A stretch of 54,253 nucleotides of DNA, filler included, from Hydrolagus affinis (Eukaryota): assembly GCA_012026655.1 (NCBI GenBank). It is 3 parts of 3 records of this genome, joined end to end, with 100 filler letters (N's around TTAATTAATTAA, not from the genome) between each part and the next. Parts side by side here need not be neighbours in the genome. Positions count along the whole stretch, not along the records: positions 42,577 to 54,253 come from JAAILG010023160.1; 2 more parts are not named here. One strand, 5' to 3'. How positions within the stretch are numbered: the stretch's first letter is position 1; each line of letters starts with the position of its first letter. The notes under the pieces were generated by a model. The model had not been told where the DNA came from and did no database searches. It worked only from the letters and a program-made list of their open reading frames with translations. This document shows, one piece after another, positions 49,109-54,253 of the stretch. The translations under genes were made by a program, and so were the position numbers.

Positions 49109-50229
49109 ATGGTGTTGAGGAAGCGTTGATGGTGGAGTTCCACACCGTTGGCTGGGAGGCAGGTAGATGCGGTGTGCAGGGCAGATCAAGATATGGCATT
49201 CAGAATTTACCACAGGCTATAAATGAACAGGCTATAAAATCACAACGAATGGGAGAAAAGGGGTTAAAACAAGGTCGAGGAGGTCAAACACTGTCCATGG
49301 GAGAAACGAGTAAAAGCTTGCTTTCGTTAAACAAAACCACGATATACTGTTAAATATGTACTTTGGTTCAAAGATAAAATACCAGGGAATGTTTTCCCCA
49401 ATGAAGAACACACTCAGCCCCGCTATCACAGCAGCAGCTGTTTTTTCGGTGCAATATTTAGTTTTCATTTGTTGGCAGCAAATGGCGACATATCGATCAA
49501 AGGTGAAAGCCACAGTTAGCCAGACAGAGATTGTCGGTGCTACATTACACAGAACAGCTAGCAGTGCGCAAACATGAGTGATGTTCACGAATGAATACGG
49601 GAAGTAGTAGAGAACAATGCGATAGAAAATCAACGAGAAAATTACCACCATCAGATCAGCCACTGACATGGCAAGCAGATAGTGAGAGACACATTTTGAG
49701 AGACCGCACCTTCCTCGGGAAAGAATCACAATGGCTACTAGGTTGGCTACAGAGAGAGAGAAAGAGAGAGAGGGAAATTAACCATTAAATTGTTTCATTT
49801 CTACAGTTGACTTGGTGCCAACAATCTTGCAACTGAGACTCAATTCCAGGGGGAGGGCTCGGTATAGCGTTGGGCAAATCTCCTTTATCCACACGCCTCA
49901 TAAGAATCCCTCAGAAACAAAACAATTATCAATTGGTCATTTAAATCAACGATTGTTTGTGCTACAGGCTGCTACGTTTGTCCCACAATAGTACAGACAA
50001 TTGAGTTAACAGTTTCATCTGAGAAACAATCTGAGACGCTTAGAGGACATTAAAAGTGCTACATCAAATGCTTTACTTATTATTAACGATAATACGACGA
50101 TTGGAAGTTCTGCTGGATTAACGATACTTCTTGTACTTCAGTTCTCAATATAAGGTGGCGATGATGCTACAACTGTCTCGTTGTCCATCGCCATTCGGCG
50201 TGGAGATACATACACCCAGCCCCAGACAG

Positions 50230-50800
50230 AGGGAGAGAGAGACATAGCGGAAGAGTGGGAGATAGACATACAAACAACAAGGAGATATATGAATGGAGGC
50301 GGCAAGACGAAGGGAGTGAAGGATGGAGGTCAATTGGCTGATGGCAAGGCCGCCAATGGTTGATCGGAGGATTCAGGAGACGAGGAGGAGGCAAGAACTG
50401 GTGGAGTTGTGGAATCCCGTGCAGATTCGTGGGGAGAGGAGGTCATAGATTTAGGAGGGTAAAAAGTAGTAGAGGGATTGCAATACAAGAATGAGGAGGT
50501 TGAAATAGATCCTCTACGGGACAGATTGCTAGTACAATCTGGCAAGGACTTGGCTAATCGAAGAGCGGAGTTTAGTACGTGTGAGAATGCCGGCGGTGGG
50601 GTTCTGTTTGAGCTGGATTTCATGAATGGTGGCGGAGGGGAGAACGGCGAGGATGGCATCTGAATAGTGCAGAAGTGATGTGACAAAGGCATGGACCAGT
50701 GTTTCGGCAGCTTTTGTCGTGAGATATTGGAGGAGAAGTGCGAATCGTAGCGTTGGAAATGTCGGTGCTGGCGAGGGACCGCACTTAGGATGGGAAGGAT
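50230..50800 (-). mobile_element. L2-type LINE fragment
   Basis: AAETLVHAFVTSLLHYSDAILAVLP..QNPTAGILTRTK motif. Confidence 0.7.
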
Positions 50801-51157
50801 CATTGGGGATCGAACCTGAAGTGAAAGTTGCGAAAGCAGAGAATGTCACACTTACATAGAGGGAAATAAATCGAGAGAGAGATTGATAGAGAGAGGAGAG
50901 CGAAAACGCACAGATAGTAATACAAACAGAGAAACAATTAGATACAGAGACATATACACTGAGTCGGAGAGAGACANNNNNNNNNNNNNNNNNNNNNNNN
51001 NNNNNNNNNNNNNNNNNNNNNNNNNNNNNNNNNNNNNNNNNNNNNNNNNNNNNNNNNNNNNNNNNNNNNNNNNNNNNNNNNNNNNNNNNNNNNNNNNNNN
51101 NNNNNNNNNNNNNNNNNNNNNNNNNNNNNNNNNNNNNNNNNNNNNNNNNNNNNNNNA

Positions 51158-51320
51158 AGCCAGCAAGAAAGCCAGCAAGAAAGCCAGCAAGAAAGCCAGC
51201 AAGAAAGCCAGCAAGAAAGCCAGCAAGAAAGCCAGCAAGAAAGCCAGCAAGAAAGCCAGCAAGAAAGCAAGCAAGAAAGCAAGCAAGAAAGCAAGCAAGA
51301 AAGCAAGAAAGCAAGAAAGC
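51158..51320. repeat. 12-bp minisatellite (AAGCCAGCAAGA)n decaying to AAGCAAGCAAGA and AAGCAAGA
   Basis: Read directly; abuts the 181-N gap at 50977-51157. Confidence 0.95.
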
Positions 51321-53399
51321 AAGACACACAGAGAGAGACAAAACAGAATAAGAGAAGGAGAGTTGGAGAGACACAAACAGACATGAAGGCACACAAATCC
51401 ACACACTGACAAATGGAGAGTACCACAAGGATACAAGGAGACAAATAGATAAAGACGCACAGACAGATCAAGGTTTTTTGTGCAGACTGAGAGAAAGAGT
51501 GAGAGAGAAACTAAATGATTTAGACAAAGCTACACATAGACGTTGATAGATGCTATCACAAACTTTGAGAGAAACAGCTAACACACACTGATACAGACAG
51601 AGAGACGGACACTGATAGAATTAGATACACATCGATATATAGATAGAAATACTCAGATGTATAGAGCGAATTGCACACAGATAGCGAAATGGAGAGATAC
51701 TCCGAAACACAGAGCGAGATGCATATAGAAAAATAGACACAAACTCAACCAGAGGGAGCGAGAGAGAAATATGCATAGACACGGAGAACAATAGCGATAT
51801 ACAAACAGAGAGAAAGAGTTACACAGGGCACAGAGAGAAAAGTTAGACACCGATCAACTGCAAGAGATACAAAGAAAGAGAGAGAAAGATGGAAACACTC
51901 AGAAAAATTAATAATAAAAAATCTTGCATTTGATATAGCGCTTTTCACGACTTCCAGAATTCTGAAAGTGCTTCACAGAATATCCTGAATATAAGTGAAT
52001 TGACTGAATATTTCTGAGCGAAACGGAGCAAATCAGTGTCACACAGATAGGGATGGATTGAAATCGACAATTGTTTTAGGGATTATTATGAGGCCTGTAG
52101 AGAAAGGAAACCCGCCCAAAGTTTCGCCTTAACCCGCCAATAATTGAACGCAGATCACTTGATAGTAAGTCCAGTGCTCTAGCCAATGAGATACAGTAGA
52201 TGGTGATGTACAGGAGATAGGGAATTACAAAGAATTGCAGAGACAGCGACAGATACACAGAGAGAAAAATTGAGATACTGAGAGAAATGGAAGCAGATAG
52301 GGAAAGGCAAATACACACTCACACACTCCCTCTCGTTTCAGGAGAGAAATTCACGCCTATATCTCTACAGAGAAAGAGAGAGAGAGACACACATACAGAG
52401 AGATGGAGTTACAGACAGTAGACGAAGAAAGTGCGTGATACACACAGACATAAAGACGTACACATGGAAGCAGAGTGACAGGTAAACACAAAATGAGAGA
52501 AAGATACACACAGACACAGAGGGAAATACATACCAACAGAGAGAGTCACATACACAAAGAGAAAGCAACACACACTTTCCTTACCGATGTAAACACAAAG
52601 ATACATACCAGACATATAGAAAGATGTACACATTGCTGGAGAACAAGGGACATACAGACAGAGAGAGAGCGAGAGAGAGACAGAGACCTACTCTAAGACA
52701 GAGTTATTGTTTTATCAGACCTGTTGTGCAACTAAAATGGATTGACCTGACCACTGTGAATCTTCCATCTCCTTGTGCTATACTTCATATAGAAAGATAC
52801 AGACAGAAGTTAATAATTACGTCCGTATTTTAAATGTCGCTCTTACATCAATATAATTAATCCCCACACACTTTATTTGATTGAAAGTCGCCAGTAGCTA
52901 TCCGTACATAGGGATAGAACTCGCAGCTTCCTGAATCAGAAGGGCTGAGTCGAGATGCAAGCCTTACTGCAAATTAATATAGAAAATAAATTTGGTAAAA
53001 CACTTGCCTGGAACACCAAACGCAGCGAGAGTCGGGTAGTAAATTTCTTCTATCCTATGAATAATCTGAATTGTCATCTTCAAATACGACGGTATTAAGT
53101 CTTCACTGGTCAGAGACAGTAACTGACGTCCAAATGAATGATACTGGAAAGTCTCAAACAGATTCTTACATAAATCAACAGGGAGCGCTTTGTTGAGCAA
53201 AGTTACCACGGTGTCGTCGATGAATTTGATCCGTGTGCAAAACAATTACACAACCTGTGTTATGTCATTTACCTGAAGGATTTAATTTTTTTTGGTTGGC
53301 GGATCTGGGGCTGCTCATTGTTTCATCATATCCCATGCCTGTGTAGTTACCCCGTGGCTCAGTGTTCGAATCCAGGCGGAGTTCGTATCTGTCTCTGTC

Positions 53400-53478
53400 T
53401 CAAACTGTCGCCCACAAATATACAGTCAACTCACTCCACAGTATATTCTGTGAAGCACTTTGAGATACAGTCACTCTC

Positions 53479-53524
<46 letters not shown>

Positions 53525-54035
53525 ACTCTCTGTGTCTCTCTCTGTCTCCTTCTCACCCTCTCCCCACAAATATACAGTAAATATACCTTCTATGGAGCGC
53601 TTTGAGACACAGTCTCTCTCTCTCTAACTCTCTCCCTATTTCTCTCTCTCTCTCTATCTCACTTTCTGTGTGTGTCTCTCTGTATCTGTCCCACTCTCTC
53701 GCCCACAAGTATACAATCGGTTTACTTTACAATATATTCTGTGAAGCGCTTTGATACACAGTCTCTCGCTCTCTAACTCTCTCTCTCCCTCTCTCTCTCT
53801 CTCACGCACACTTTCTGTGTGTCTATCTGTCTCTGTCTTACACTCTCGCCCACAATATACAGTCAATTCACTTTACTGTATATTCTGTGAAGCGCATTGA
53901 GACACAGTGCCTCTTTCTCTAACTCTTTCTCTCTCACACACACGCACTTGCTGTGTTTCTCTGTGTCTCTGTCTCACACTCTCTCCCACAAGTATAAAGT
54001 CAATTTACTTTACAGTATGTTCCGTGAAGCGCCGA
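53400..54035 (+). repeat. Tandem array of five SINE-core fragments separated by CT microsatellite
   Basis: Unit of about 140 bp: CCCACAAATATACAGTCAA..TTCTGTGAAGCGCTTTGAGACACAGTC(TC)n. Confidence 0.85.
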
Positions 54036-54039
54036 GAGA

Positions 54040-54253
54040 CTGGAGCCCGACGATATATCGACATATCGGTTATACACGATATAATTCTCAAAATGTTATA
54101 CAGACGGCGCAATATCGATATATCGATAAATCGGTATATCTACGAAACTCTGAGTGCGCGCGCACTGAACTACAAGACGCAGAATGCTCATCTCTATACA
54201 CAATGCAGAGACCGAGGTGCAAGCCGCCATACTGTATGCATAGACTTCGAATA
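54040..54253. mobile_element. Possible hAT-like DNA transposon end
   Basis: CpG-rich, with palindromic CGATATATCG at 54051-54060 and 54116-54125; resembles fish hAT termini as recalled. Confidence 0.35.

Larger units (their letters stand above)
49232..53077 (-). pseudogene. Class A GPCR, GPR139-like chondrichthyan family, truncated after TM5
   Basis: Exon 1 53008-53077 (MTIQIIHRIEEIYYPTLAAFGVP, donor CAG/GCAAGT); exon 2 49232-49746 (ANLVAIVILSRGRCGLS..ADL..FDRYVAIC..TPFLPFVVIL*); 194 aa, no TM6-7. Confidence 0.8.

Noticed and set aside
50529-51471. Long ORFs of 160-300 aa
   Set aside because: They run through N gaps and a 12-bp satellite; only the L2-derived end is real.
53400-54035. CRISPR-like array
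   Set aside because: Eukaryotic context; the repeats are SINE fragments and the spacers are microsatellite.
1-54253. A single linked immune supercluster (NKp30-like, B7-like, TCR)
   Set aside because: The three gene sets are separated by artificial linkers, so linkage is unsupported.

Overview
Vertebrate genomic DNA, most likely a cartilaginous fish (probably a chimaera such as elephant shark; inferred from the tRNA-headed SINE, L2/CR1 content and gene families). It is not one continuous locus: two 100-bp spacers with a TTAATTAATTAA six-frame-stop linker (17000-17099, 42477-42576) join three separate sequences. Segment A (1-16999) is a minus-strand Ig-superfamily receptor cluster: one intact 331-aa leader-VJ-C1-TM-tail receptor (NKp30/SIRP-like) with two Tyr motifs and two alternative leader exons, an internally deleted relic, and a pseudogene whose TM carries an Arg. 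Segment B (17100-42476) holds orphan tail exons ending in an ITIM, a B7/CD276-like gene with four Ig domains (V-C-V-C) in one exon and no TM, and a complete 9-exon TTC34. Segment C (42577-54253) holds three TCR alpha/delta-type V segments with leaders and 22/23-bp-spacer RSSs, each followed within about 10 bp by a SINE tRNA head, plus a truncated GPR139-like GPCR abutting one V leader. All exon models and family calls were derived by eye and from memory, not from database searches.
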